From: Blastocystis sp. Blastoise
Taxonomy: Eukaryota; Protista; Bigyra: Opalinata
DNA length: 64,000 nt
NCBI GenBank assembly: GCA_039096225.1
Contig: JBBPEB010000005.1
Location: forward strand, 248,001-312,000
Reading direction: 5' to 3'
Positions 30,944 through 64,000 of this stretch are shown here, piece after piece (position 1 is the stretch's first letter; the number at the start of each line of letters is the position of its first letter). The position numbers and the translations under genes are program-made. The notes under the pieces are model-generated. The model saw nothing but the letters and a program-made list of their open reading frames with translations. It ran no database searches and was not told where the DNA came from.

Positions 30944-32240
30944 TTCTATTTTCAAGGATATTTGTAGCATCTGCAATTCCCTTGATGAGATCGGAAGTAC
31001 GAGAATTATAGAGGAAGATACCTATTGATATAGAGATGGATATTATTAATAAATATAGAGTAGTGTTTATATAAAGATAGTAATATTAAAAATAAAAATT
31101 ATATAAATCAATAGAATACCAAAAAGTATGGAAAATAATAATAATAATGATATAATAAATATAATAATAATGATATAATAAATATAATAATAAATATAAT
31201 AAATATAATAATAAATATAATATAATAATAATACTATATATATATATACCTCTTGTCATACTAATACACCATATCATTTCCATATTTTCACCCCACCAGC
31301 CAAGTCTCTCTACTGCACTATCTATATTCAATATAGTCACTAAAGACTCATCCTGATTCCCACGGGAAATATCAAAAATACAAATCTAATCAATATATAA
31401 TATATGTATAATAAATTATATTAACATAAAATCATTATAATAAACACACCATTTTCAGAGAAATATATATATAAATATATATATTGATTACAGAAATCAT
31501 GAATACGTAATAGAAATAATTACATAATAAATAAAATACATAATAAATAAAATAGAAATATATAAATATATAATATATATAATATATCTATATATACTAA
31601 TCCATCTTCTGATCCTGACATAAATACCGTATTATAAAGAGGATGACGAATAATTTGAGTTACTGGTTCACTATGAACATCTTTATATGTACCTACCTAT
31701 ATATATACATACATAGATATACATATATTTAGAGTGATTAAAAATATACATAAAAAAAATTTAAAAAAAACTGTAAAACATGAAAATTATAACATAAAAA
31801 CATACAAGATTACCCGTGGCAATATCAACAAAAATAATATGACTATCACTTCCAAGTAACAACAAAGATCCACCACAAAGAATATTAAATGAATAAACAG
31901 AGACACCAAAATCATAGCTTTTTAGTAAAGCACCAGTATTAGAATCCCAAACTTGAAAAGTACCAGTTTGATTGACTGTATAAAGATTATAAGGAGCATC
32001 TTCTTGATATTGGATACCAACAGTACTATTCAATTTGGTATCTAACTTTCGAATCACTTGATAGGTGAAACCATTACTGATTGTAACAGATCCATCCGAT
32101 AAAATACTAGCGTATTGAACATGATCCGGTCTCGCAACAATGTCAAGAACATATTGTCTATCTTCATTACCTTCATTATCTTTCTTAACATCTAAGTCAA
32201 GAATCACACGCTGATTCAGTTTTAATGTCGAATAATCCAT
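30349..32240 (-). CDS. WD40-repeat protein, WDR89-like
   Basis: YVLDI, YKDVHSEPVTQIIRHP...FMSGSEDGLICIFD, DESL..ILNI..AV.RLGWWG, GHKDIVRC, FITGAEDS. Five GT-AG introns. Confidence 0.85.
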
Positions 32241-33366
32241 AAAGAAAGAAAAATCTAAAGAATAAGAATAAAATGATATAATTGAAAAAGTTAGTGAAAT
32301 TCTAAATTATTGTTGTATTAATTAAAGGCAGGTATTTATTTTTATTTTTTATTTCGCAAAAAATGACTATTGATAACCTTATTACATAACACATATTTTC
32401 TACATAATACTTATTCGTTCTAGAGATGATTAAACGTGATAGCTGATATCAATTGTATGTTTTAAATAAAAAGATATTTCAATAACCATATATAGATATA
32501 TACAAGAACCTATAGTGAATGAAACAACTATTCTGTTATACTTCCAAGCATTATTTTGTATTTACTCTATTATTATTCATAATAACTTTACATAATTATT
32601 ATATGAAACTATAGACAATAGTACCTCAATACAAAAAAAGTATATATCGAATGAATATTCACTTTGAAAAGAACTAACATGTACATTCATATTCATTCCT
32701 TCTTTTTATGAAATTAATTATGGAAGGAGGACATTCTTATCTATTTATTTTTATTAAAAAAATCCAACATAATCACAATCTATTTGAAAATAGTTCTACA
32801 AATCTATTCTTATTTCTCTATTCATATGCTTTATCCAGTTTTTATAGTTATAATAAGAAGTATAATCATTATAAAAACTCTAAACAATAAGAAATCATCA
32901 TGATTTCAAGTCATCACTTTCTTTATATTATTGAAAAGTTGAATTTAGGTGCTAATTTCAATTTCTATTTTATTCAAAACACATTCATAATCTCATCTGA
33001 AAAGTCATTTGCTTTTTCAACTAATAGAAATTAAGAAAGAAAATTTCTACTTAGACGCATTGAAGTGTTTCTAGAATACAACAAAAAAAGAATTTTGTGT
33101 GGTGTTTTTTTATACAATTGTTTATAGTCGTTTTTATTCTTTATTCATCATATGAATAGATTTTCTATTAGAATAGCTTTTGAATCATCATAATACTATC
33201 AACGAATGAGTAATTTCATTTTTTTTTAGTTGAAATCAACTCTATAGCCAGTTATTTCAATCTTCTTTAATTTGAAAGATCTCGATAACCGTTTGTTTTG
33301 ATAAAACTATCATAAATTTTATTATCAAAAGTATTTAATATCATTAATATATTATTAACAACAAAC

Positions 33367-35031
33367 ATGATTTATAGTTCTGATGCATATAAATATATTG
33401 TTACAATGAAGTCCATTGTGTCTTCATTTATCATGCAACTTCACGATTTTGTAGCTGCTTGTAATAACAATTACAATATAAATATGAATCCTGAAGTTCA
33501 AATTCAACGTCTTATGAATGATTATTTCTTGATGTTATTGAAAAATTTGAGTTACTCTAAACTTGGTGATAATATAGAAGATAATCTCAATATGTATCGT
33601 CTTCATAACGATAAAAACCAAAATGAATGTGCAAATACTGATGTTTCAATTACATTTCAAGATACTTCAAAAGAAGTGAAGATTCCATTATCTATCATAA
33701 AAAAGAATCATGATAGTTATCTGTACACGCTGTATCAAAATAAAGTAATAGATCAAGAGGATTCTATGTATATTGATTATGATACTTCAATTGGTTTGAT
33801 GTGTATGAATTTACTTATCAATGAAGATTTAGATGCAAGTGGTTTTTCTCCTAGTTATATGGAGACTCTATTAAACTTCTATCGTTTCTTAGGTATACAA
33901 TTACCTCGTCAATTTATGGATTTAGATGGAATAAAGAATAATATTCAAGTAGATTGGAAGAAGGAGTATTCTCTACTAATAACATTTGATGGTAAATCAA
34001 ATAGATTAGTGAATGAATATATAGAGAGAAATAATAGAATAGAAGTAATAATGAATAAGTTGATGAAGAATAGATGTGAATATAATTATATAACTCGTCA
34101 ATATTCTATAGATATAAAGAATAGTTGTATAGATTTATTAGAAGATTATATAAAGAATAGAAATAATACAGAATATAGAATAGATATCGATAAATATAAG
34201 AATGAATTAAATCAATATAATTTTCAATCTCTTTGTTCTAGTATAATGATAGAAGAAGATTATCATCATCTATATTATAGTTTCTTTGATGAATTATTTG
34301 ATTCTACTATATTACATGAACAGAAAGAAGCTCCTAGATATATTCATAAATTAAGAGAATGGGTAGGAGAAGAAAAGAAATGGAAGTTATTATTTAGGTA
34401 TGTTTATTTGTTTTTTTTTAATTTTTATTTAAATATTTATTTTTAAATATTTATAATATTTATATTATTTATATTATTCTAAAAATAATTTATATCTATA
34501 ATAATAATATATATAGAGCAAGTGAGCATGATTATTCTTCAAGTGAATTCCATCGTTATTGTGATAACCATGGAGAAACTATTACTCTGATTCGTCAATT
34601 AGGACATAATAACCAACAGAATATATTCGGAGGATATACGTCACAAAACTGGGAAAATGATACTTATGGAAGTATATATATATATTCTTATTATTCTAAT
34701 ATATTTATTCATTATCTATATAGAATATAAAACAGATAATCAAGCATTTATATTTACACTTCAAAATGAGCATGCTATTCCTCCTACACAATATTCTGTT
34801 ATACATCCTGAAAATGCTATTTATGTGCAATCGAATTCAGGACCTAATTTCGATAATATTGTTCTAAAGAATTATTGTAATCAAAATGTAGAAAGTTGTT
34901 GTCCAAATTATTCTACTTATTCTCATATTCATACAACATTTAATACATCTCTATTTGTGAATACAGGTGTTAAGCATAGAAGTAATTATTTTATTGTTGA
35001 TGAATATGAAGTCTATTATCGTATGGAATAA
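33367..35031 (+). CDS. TLDc-domain protein with N-terminal BTB/POZ-like region
   Basis: WKLLFRASEHDYSSSEFHRYCDNHGETITLI...IFGGYT...W...AFIFTL...GPNF...EYEVY is TLDc. Two GT-AG introns. Confidence 0.85.
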
Positions 35032-35275
35032 TTCTTTTATTTCTGTTATTTGTTTCTTTTTGTTTATTTATTTTTGTTTTTTTATTTGTTGTACTATTAG
35101 TTGATGTTCCTTTTGAGTATATTTATCTATGTTTTGTTGCTTAAATCTTTTATATATGTAATTGAGAAAGTTAGTAGTTATTAAAAAAAGAATATTATAC
35201 ATTTAAATTGATTACAAAAACAACATAAGAGTGTGTAATTCTTATTATATACATACGGAAACTATATTTATGTAT

Positions 35276-36048
35276 TTATAAATACTGTTCTACAGGAAAT
35301 AAAGTTTCAAAGGCTCTTCCTATATTATCAATAACATCAGGTGTAGTCATAGATCGATGTTTTTCTTTAAAAGTATATTCCTGAGCCATTCGAGTTAATA
35401 GAGATGCACCATAAGCACCATAAAGATTCATATTACTGTATATATATATATATATAAACAGTATTACATGTTTATAAATATATGAATAAATAATATATGT
35501 ATATATATATAGTGATAGATAAAGAATTAGTTTATTAATAAATAATTAAAAATAACATACATGAATGTATTATTAATAAATAATATAAGTATACATTGTA
35601 TTATCAAATTGATTTTGAGCTTTCTTTGACCAATTAAGAAATAATCCAGAAGTTCCCGCGCAAATATCCCCTTGCCCGCCACATCGACGAGTACTTCCGT
35701 GCTTATTATTCTTTAGCACTATAATAATAATAATAAGTATAATAATAATAATAATATACTTGTATTTCCATCAGTAATTATATCTGTTGCTCCTTTATGA
35801 AATATACTTATATTGCCCAATCTGTAATATATACATATAGTTATAATATATGTATATATATATATATATATATATTTGGAATATAGAATAATAGACATTA
35901 TAATCATAAATAATATAATAAATAATATAATAAACAATAATACTATAATATTAAATAATAAAATAATAATAATAAAATATTATAATAATAAGCATATTAC
36001 AATACTCTTTGGCTAAAGATTTATCTAATTCTCCAGAGTCATCGATCT

Positions 36049-36079
<31 letters not shown>

Positions 36080-36866
36080 ACTTGATAAAGATTTTATAAA
36101 AACAGCATATATGCATACAACTTTGATTTGTTTTTTCATGACAGCGTTGTATAATCTCGTGAATTCCATGTTATTTGGAGTTAACAATACATTCTTATAT
36201 CTGAATAAATAAAAATAATACTACTTTATTTAGAACAATATGAGAATTCTTGAAATATGAATATATTAATGTATACAAAAAAAAAAAACATGAATATATA
36301 TATACCCATAAATTAAAGTTGGATTGAGAGATAAAAGAAATAAAGCATCCCCATCAATAACTAAAGGAATATCTTGTTTACAAGCTTCTTTAATAAGTTC
36401 AGATGCAGTTTGCATAATTTGCTCATCTCTTCCTAAACCAGGACCTATAACAATAGCATCAAATCTATTAAACAAATCTGATATCTTCCTCACACATTGA
36501 CTTACAGTAGATTCTTCAATATTACTTTGATTTTCATTCATTGATCTCAAATAAGGGTATACGATCACTTCAGGATTATATGACTTTATAGGAATTGCAG
36601 CTTCTGATGCACATATAATAAACGCAAGGTCACCACCCTATAAAATAAATGATATATATAGTTTATTTAAGCAGATATATATGCGGCATTAAGTGTAGAA
36701 AGTGCAGCATAGTATGGAGCGCCAGTATATTCAAAAGATCCACCAATAATGGCAATCTTTCCTAAAAGTGATGGATATTAAGAATTTCAATTATGTTATA
36801 TATACCACAACTGCCTTTATGGCACGATGATATTAATTTAGGAATCAATTTAGCGACTATTTCCAT
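35276..36866 (-). CDS. NAXD: ATP-dependent (S)-NAD(P)H-hydrate dehydratase
   Basis: [85 protein letters not shown]. Seven introns, one of them GC-AG. Confidence 0.93.
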
Positions 36867-37914
36867 GGTGATTAGTTTAAAAAATATGTTTTTTATCTTG
36901 TTTGAATTATTTTAGTTTTACAAAAAGTTACTGTTCATGAATTTATGCGTTTTCAAAGTAAAATCAACAAATCCTGAAAAAAAATGTCAATTGGTATTTT
37001 GAAAACTAATGTATTTATGGAATAGCTGATACTGATATATTATCTAGAGACAATTGGAAACAAAATAAGGTAATAAAAAGTTAAAAATAAGAGAGTTATA
37101 TAAAGAAGAAATAAAAACAACACATTAGGCTTAAAAATAAATTGAAAAGAAAAACACTTAAGAACAGTAACTTTTGGGTAAAATGTATAAGGAAGAGAGA
37201 AGAATAGAAGAGAAACGAGGAAACAATATAGATATACACGAAATTATAAAGTTATATATACATATAATTGTTTATAAATATTAAAAAATATATAAATGAT
37301 ATAGGAATAAAAGTGTTAATAAGAACTTTTATGGGTAATATATATATATATGTATATATATAGAAAACCTTATGGATTTCATTATGGTTACTGTTGCTGA
37401 TTATATCAAAAGAAGACGAAACATATATATATTTATATATATATATAATAAGAATGAAAGCTAAATAAATGAAATAAAAAAAGTTGTTCAACAAGTATAT
37501 TAAACTACGAAAATAACAGTTTAGAATATATATATGTATATAGTTTTACATTATTAAAAGAATATAGAAGAAGAAAAAAACAGAATATATATTCTAATAG
37601 TTATTTAAAAATATAATAGAAGAAATAAGGATAACATATATATATATAATAAAGAGAATAAAGTAAAAAAATTAGTTAAATAATAGTAGTAAACTTATTA
37701 ATATATATGAACAAACAAAATATAACTAAATAGAAGAAAAGAAAGAATGATAATAAATAAAACTAATGATAATAATGATAATAATATATATATATAGAGT
37801 ACACAATAGTGAATAGATGAGAAAACTAATAAATGTTGAAGAAAACAAGTAATTCTCAATTTATATATATAATTATATAAAAAAACAACTATATATATAG
37901 ATATATAATATGTG

Positions 37915-41374
<3,460 letters not shown>

Positions 41375-41766
41375 GATAGAGTATTTGTGATTCGAATAAA
41401 TTAATTATGTCTTTGACAAAAAAAATATTTTCAGGAACCAAAGTTATAAGAAGGAATAATAATATGATTGTATGAATACAAGATCTTAAGAAAAGACTCT
41501 TTTATTCGTCAAAAAATAAAATTGTTACTTTTCTCTTCATATGTTTTATTGTTTTTTGAAATTTTTAGTAAAACATTTAAAAAAAATCATAAATATTGTT
41601 GTTAGGAGTTTGTTTTACGTGTATCTCTGTATTCTTTAAGTATATTTTTATATTTATATGCGTTTACTATAACGATGATATAAGTGAAATAGTTCAACAT
41701 ATACAAAATAATATCTGTGAATTATAATGTGCATTGTTGACTGATTGCTATTTCTATAGAATAATA

Positions 41767-43557
<1,791 letters not shown>

Positions 43558-44019
43558 TCTTATTGCATTGTTTCTTTTGAATAATTTTTCTTTTTTACGG
43601 AATTTGTTTTACTTTTTTCATATTCTAACTTTATTAGTTGATCTGAAATAGTCTTTGTTTATGATAAATTATAAGAATCAAGTTAATCATTATTTCCATT
43701 AAATTAAAGAGAAACAACTCACAAAACATTCCATTTTATAAATTAAAAAATAGTTTATCCTATAAAATAGATGTCTATATGCACATAGATCTACACATAT
43801 GAGCTGAAAAAGTAAATGGGAATATAATAAAGGATTAAGAATATACAAATCAAGAAGAAAATTAATAAAATCAAATAACCAAAGGAATTTTTAAAAATTC
43901 CCAGGAATAACATGGATTACCAGGGGAAAAAGAAACATATAATAATGAAGGAAAATCTATTTGAAACGATAAAAAATAAGGTAATTGGTTTTAATCACAA
44001 ACATTACTCATTGTAAACA

Positions 44020-44898
44020 ATGCAATTGAGTTATATAGATGATCTTTCGAGGGCCATTACATATATTCGTTCATTATCAATGCCAAACAGACAAGCTGAT
44101 TTCCGAGATTTTTCTTTAGCTGCTATGAATCTGGATTTACCTGAGAGTTTTGAAACAAGTGAGGCCTTACTGGCAAAAGATATAGATACACCAAGTTCAA
44201 CTGCAAAGACTCCTCTAGGTGATGATTTACCTATTATCAATGCCGAAGAGCAGAAGAAGGGTGAGAAACCTGAAACGAAGACTGTAATTTTTTTTATAGT
44301 ACTATGATTCATAATTTTTTTATTTTTAGGCTGAAGAATCAATATCACATTCCCTGACATTTCAGAAAAAGAATGTTATTGAAGAAGACGATGAAATTGA
44401 TAAGTATCTATTTTATTATTGTCACACATTAGTAATTATTTTTAATGTAAATCTAATTTTTATTCTAGAGGTCTCTTAGCAACAGTTCTAGAAAAAGAAG
44501 AGACGTATATAGCAACAGATTTATCTTATAAAATCAAAGTATTCTTACCCAATAAATTTTCTTTACAAGTTCGAGTATGTATATTTAAAAAATAGATGTT
44601 TTTTTTTATGAATTAAAATATATATATATATATATTATTGATATATGATTGTTTAATGATATATATAAAGGTTCGTCGAGATGGTACTGTTCAAGATGTG
44701 ATAACCATGATTATAAATGCATCTAATAATTTATATCGAAAACAGGAGGAGGAGAAGAAAAGATTGAAAGAGAAAGAAGAGAAAGAAAGAAAAGAAAAAG
44801 AGAAAGAAAAAGAAAAAGAAAAAGAAAAAGAAAAATTAGATAATACAGGTGTTAATTATGATGGTATATTATATTTATTATTATATTTATTATTATTA

Positions 44899-44973
<75 letters not shown>

Positions 44974-45421
44974 TAACAATAATTTTCTCTATCTATATAT
45001 ATATATATATATAGAATTAGTTCTTCTAACCGATCGTGATCCAAAAGCCTCTTCTAGAATGTCTGTAAGTAGAAGTAGATCGTATCATACAAAGAAAGAA
45101 GTGGATAAACCTGCTGTATCTCGTTATGCTAATAGAGTCATTGAACAATGTGTTCCTATGAATATGAATATAGATCCATTTAATTATGAATTAAGATATG
45201 GCGATGAACAGGGAGAAGTTAATGAAGATTTCCCTTGTATATATATATTATATATATTATATATATTATTATTATGTTTATTATACTTATTATTATATAT
45301 GTTATTATGTTTATTATATATATATATATAGCTTTGGATCGTACGCGTCCCATTCGTAATTTTATTGAAGAAGAAGATCAGTGCTTTTGTATATTAACTG
45401 TACAAGATTATAAACCTAGAA

Positions 45422-45459
<38 letters not shown>

Positions 45460-46673
45460 GTAATAAATTATATAATAATAATAATAATAAATATATTATA
45501 ACTATGCTAATATATATTAATCTATATATATATATATATAGATAGAGTAATAAATGAGGGTAATATATCATTAGATATATTACTTCCTAATGATACTATA
45601 TATACATTAAAGGAATCTATATATGTGACTGCTAAGCAGATTATGAATCGACTTTGGATGCCAAGTAATAGAGATGCCTCTACTAATGAAGAACGAAAGG
45701 AAATCATGAAAACGGGAGTTGTATATATATATTTATTATTAATATAATTTGTAATTTTTTATTTTATTTGATTTGTATTTCTTTATTTATCTATTTATTT
45801 CTATATCTATATCTATATCTATATCTCTATCTCTCTATCTCTATCTATTTCTATCTCTATCTATATATATCTATCTCTATCTATATATATCTATCTATAT
45901 ATCTATATCTATAGGTATATGAATTAGCTTTATATCCCGAAGATCGTGAGAGATTAAAGAGAAAAGATGAAGTTATTGACCCTTCTACTATTATATTCAC
46001 ATTAGATGTACATGAATTAAGAATCATTCCTAGTATATATATATAATATATAATATATATTGCGAATACAATAATAATAATGATACATGAATATATATAT
46101 ATAATATATATAGAGACATATGTAGATCGTCCCATGATCGTACAAGAAGAGAGTTATTTATCACCATTTGACGAAGATAATAGTTTCGAAGAGGAAATGA
46201 GTAAATCGCTACCTTATTTAATGAGCGACATCACGGCTGCAGAATATCAAACGTGGTTTGTTACGAAAATCACTCGATATGGAAAGATGAAGAATAGATT
46301 ATTAGCTATTGATCAATTAAGAGTGATGAATCTACATATTCCCGGGAATATTTTCAATAAATTAGTACCTATTCGACATAAATATTTTGCTATTGAAGAT
46401 ATTACAAATGTGAAATTAATAGAAAAAGAACCAAAAGGATTTATTATTACTACAAAAGAAGATGAATATGGTGATTTTACTACTTATGAAGGTATATATA
46501 TATAAATTATTATATATTATTATATACTATTATATTATATACTATTATATTATATTATCTATATAATAATACTATATATATTCTCTATAGCCAAGTATAT
46601 AGCACGATCCCCAATAGAAGCCAATCAAATTGTTCAAAAGATATTACACCTACGACGTCATCTAAACCATTAA
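44020..46673 (+). CDS. SIN1: TORC2 subunit SIN1/Avo1/RIP3-like (CRIM and C-terminal PH)
   Basis: CRIM: IKVFLP...VRRDGTVQDVI...YELRYGDEQGEVNEDFP.LDR. SIN1-PH: YQTWFVTK...NRLLAID. Nine GT-AG introns. Confidence 0.82.
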
Positions 46674-47666
46674 TACTATCCTTATATATATATATATATG
46701 TATTTAGAATCATTAACATATTTAATTTACAAAATTATTTCACAATTAATTTTTTTTATTATTATCATCATACTCTTTCTTTTCTTTTTCTTCTTCTTTT
46801 TCTATTTTTATTTGCATTGCATTTCTGTCACTATAAATATCCTTTGTTCCTATATAATAATTGTCATTCTATTCTTTATTATATTCTTCATTTTCTTCTC
46901 TTTTCTTGTATAATATATATTTTTGTTGTTGTCTACATAATAATTTTTTTTGTGTAAATTTTTTATTTCTTTTTTTTCTGACTGTATATATACTTTTTAT
47001 ATATATATACATCTATCTTACACCTTAACAATTGTTTAAGCTTTTTTAAAAAAATCTTTTCACTTTTACAATATTCTTTTTCTGTTTTATGTTTGAAATC
47101 TTTTTGTTTCTTTGTTTATATATTTTATATGTACTGATATATATATTTTTTTGAAAGAGTCTTATTATAGAGTCATATATATATGTATATATTAATTCTT
47201 TGTAGTTGATTAAAATCGTTTCTTTGTTTTTAAATAAATACAAATACTATATTATAAACAAACAAGGTTAACTTGAAATACTTATTATAAAATAAAAATA
47301 TTTAATCACCGATTAATATAAAGGAATGTAATGAATTCAAAATAGTTCATAAAAATAAATTATGAATTGAATTCTTGATTATAATTATAGACTAATGGAA
47401 GAAATATTAATAAAATAAAAAGACAATAAATAACAAAATAATGTAAAAACATAACATTATCTGTAAAATAATTAAATTCTAAGTTTAAAAAGCATGCTAA
47501 TAAAGAGATATATATAAATACATTTCAAAAATAATATATATTTCTTGAACGAAATATATATATATATTATAAATAAAGATTATTTAGAGATTATTTTTAT
47601 CATAACAATATTTATATAATTATATAAACATAAATATATGATTATATAAATATATAAATTCTTTTC

Positions 47667-58668
<11,002 letters not shown>

Positions 58669-59762
58669 AATTGTGTGTTTCTTAATAATCTAAGTTTTCA
58701 AATAATTATAATAAATTTCGATTTGACTATCTATAATTATTTAATTTATTCTAAAGAAATAATTTATATTGACTTCAAAATAAATGAGTTCCTTCATATA
58801 ACTTTTTTTATTGCGAATACGAAGATTTTTTATTTAGAAAGATATCCGAAGAATCATGAATTCATTTCTTCTTGCAATAATACTCAATCATCAACATAAA
58901 AAACCAAGAATATTTCAATCTTCGTTTTGATTTCAAAAACAACGTTATCACATCATGGAGATAAAAACAATAGTTGAGCTTGAATTTAAATAAAATGGGA
59001 TTCAGTTTTCATGCAATAATGTTTTCCAGGACTAAAATAAAAATAAGAATCAAAATAAAAAATGATTATTGACGAAGTATTTTGAAATGTTTCTTTTTTT
59101 TGGATATATTAAATAATTTTGAATTCATATTATCTAGGAAGATTCTACAGGTAAATTTGATAAAGATAAATATCGTTATCTTAAGAAAGAAAGATACAGA
59201 ACATTGATGATTGAGATCTTTGGAATTCTTTTTTGTTGTTATGCATTATATTTAAGGTTGAATAGTTTTTTAGATTGTGATTAGATATATGTTTAGATAA
59301 TATTTTGAATATAATCAGTAATAATAGTAATTTTTGTTGTTTTTTGTAAATGTAAACATCCTTATTGTAACTTTCTTTTGTTGCTTTCTTGTTTTGAATA
59401 GAAGAACTGTATATGTAGATAAAGTAATATTGAGAGATTTTGTTTAAATAATTAATTCTGAACATTTAAATGTTGTATATACGAATGATACCTATAAACA
59501 TGTATATATAAATGATATCAATGAGAAAAATAAAATATACTAGATAAAACTGATTTATTTGACTTGAATGAAAACAAAACTCTGATAAACTAAAGAATAA
59601 TTGTAATAACTAATAAAATAAAACAAGCTACGAGAAAAAATGTAAATAAAAACAATAGAACATTGACATGAAAAAAATGATTAAAAAAAAAAGAATTTAT
59701 TCTTTTAATATAAGTAAACAATAAATAATACTGTAAATAAATAAATGATGAATAATATATAA

Positions 59763-62927
<3,165 letters not shown>

Positions 62928-63190
62928 AAATTAAAAATATAAATAAATAAATAATATTTTTCGTGTTCGAGTAAAAGAACAAATTTAAAAAAGAACTGTA
63001 TTAATATGAAAAGAATTCGATACTGAACCCAGGGGTAAATAGTCGGCAGAAATGCATTCCCTATTTTCAGAAAACTGAAATTTTTTGTTATTACTAAATA
63101 TATAATAAAAGAGAACTATTTCAGGATATTTCAGATTTAGATTTAAAAAAAAATAATTTCTTTCTATTTTGATTTAACGATTATTTCAAA

Positions 63191-64000
63191 ATGAAAGAAA
63201 ATATACGATTTGATATCCATCAGATCGAAAGTATTCAGAACGATGTTTTCCACTTTGAAAGATTAATTAGTGATTTGATAGGAGTCTTAACTAGTTCGAT
63301 AGGATTTTGTATTCATTCAGGCGATTCTGTGAATCAATTGCTGAAGCGATTCGTCAATGAATTTGAAGGAATTCAAAAAGAAAAAGATAGCAATTCAAGG
63401 ATAACTATAAAAGAACCTAGTTTTATACATGAAATGAATCATTTGAATAATGACAATGATGTTGATTTAGATGTTGAGCATATTCGTTTTTCAAATAGAG
63501 GAGTATTATATTCATTACCAAAGAAAACTATTGATAAAATGGTCGGTAGTTTTATTTATGATCAATATAAATCTAATATTCGATGTAAAGATGGTTCTAT
63601 CTATCTAGATTATTCAGGAGATGATACTTGTGTTCCTTTTCTTATAGATTTCTTAATGAATAAATCAGTTAATATAAAGAATATATGTTTAAAGGATCAA
63701 CTGGATTTAGTTGAGTTATTTGAGTTTTGTAATCTTCCTCTTCCAGAAGAACTTATGTTGGTACGTGATGAGAAATCTCGTTGTTTTCGTTATAATCCAA
63801 AATATGGAATAAGACTCTATGTAAATGATATTGAAGATGAATTATTAAGTAAGTATTGTATTCAAAATAATATATTAAACAGGATTATTAATAAATATGG
63901 ACATGGTTATGTTGATTATAATCAAAGTAACAATAAGTTTTCGATGCATTTATATTATACATATATTTCTTATATACATGATTATATTCTTTCTCATCAA
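63191..64000 (+). CDS. BTB/POZ-like domain protein (3'-truncated by window end), probable paralog of the 33367 gene
   Basis: Open frame from ATG 63191 to the window end, absent from the ORF track because it has no stop. IRFSNRG..YSLPK..I...GSF....DGSIYLDY....L.ELFEFCNLPLP parallels ITFQD...KIPL..I....DSY....EDSMYIDY....LLNFYRFLGIQLP. Confidence 0.7.
   Translation, partial: MKENIRFDIHQIESIQNDVFHFERLISDLIGVLTSSIGFCIHSGDSVNQLLKRFVNEFEGIQKEKDSNSRITIKEPSFIHEMNHLNNDNDVDLDVEHIRFSNRGVLYSLPKKTIDKMVGSFIYDQYKSNIRCKDGSIYLDYSGDDTCVPFLIDFLMNKSVNIKNICLKDQLDLVELFEFCNLPLPEELMLVRDEKSRCFRYNPKYGIRLYVNDIEDELLSKYCIQNNILNRIINKYGHGYVDYNQSNNKFSMHLYYTYISYIHDYILSHQ

Overview
Very AT-rich, intron-dense eukaryotic DNA. 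The gene repertoire resembles a Blastocystis-like stramenopile gut protist, but that identity is inference. Manual splicing gives 18 complete protein-coding genes plus one running off the right edge, with roughly 115-120 introns by hand count, many filled with (TA)n/(TAT)n microsatellites. Most short ORFs in the track are artefacts of those repeats or of NNT codon bias. Genes: a 1946-aa modular surface protein, Asp/Glu racemase, SmD3, RPS21, SART1, a stalked pseudo-purple-acid-phosphatase, SHAQKYF-class MYB, fibrillarin, a small basic protein, a catalytically degenerate CAF1, WDR89-like, BTB-like/TLDc, NAXD, PH-TBC RabGAP, an LRR protein, SIN1, a type I PKS, copine and a second BTB-like protein. 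Two highlights. (1) A single-module, fully reducing type I PKS/FAS (KS-AT-DH-ER-KR-ACP) is spliced in frame to a C-terminal PLP-dependent alpha-oxoamine synthase, making it a candidate one-polypeptide sphingoid/amino-lipid synthase. (2) Splicing looks unusually permissive: five U12-type introns (three in copine, two apparently AT-AA), plus GG-AG, GT-TG, AT-AG and GC-AG introns in conserved genes, and self-complementary (TA)n intron ends. All gene models are read by eye, without RNA evidence.
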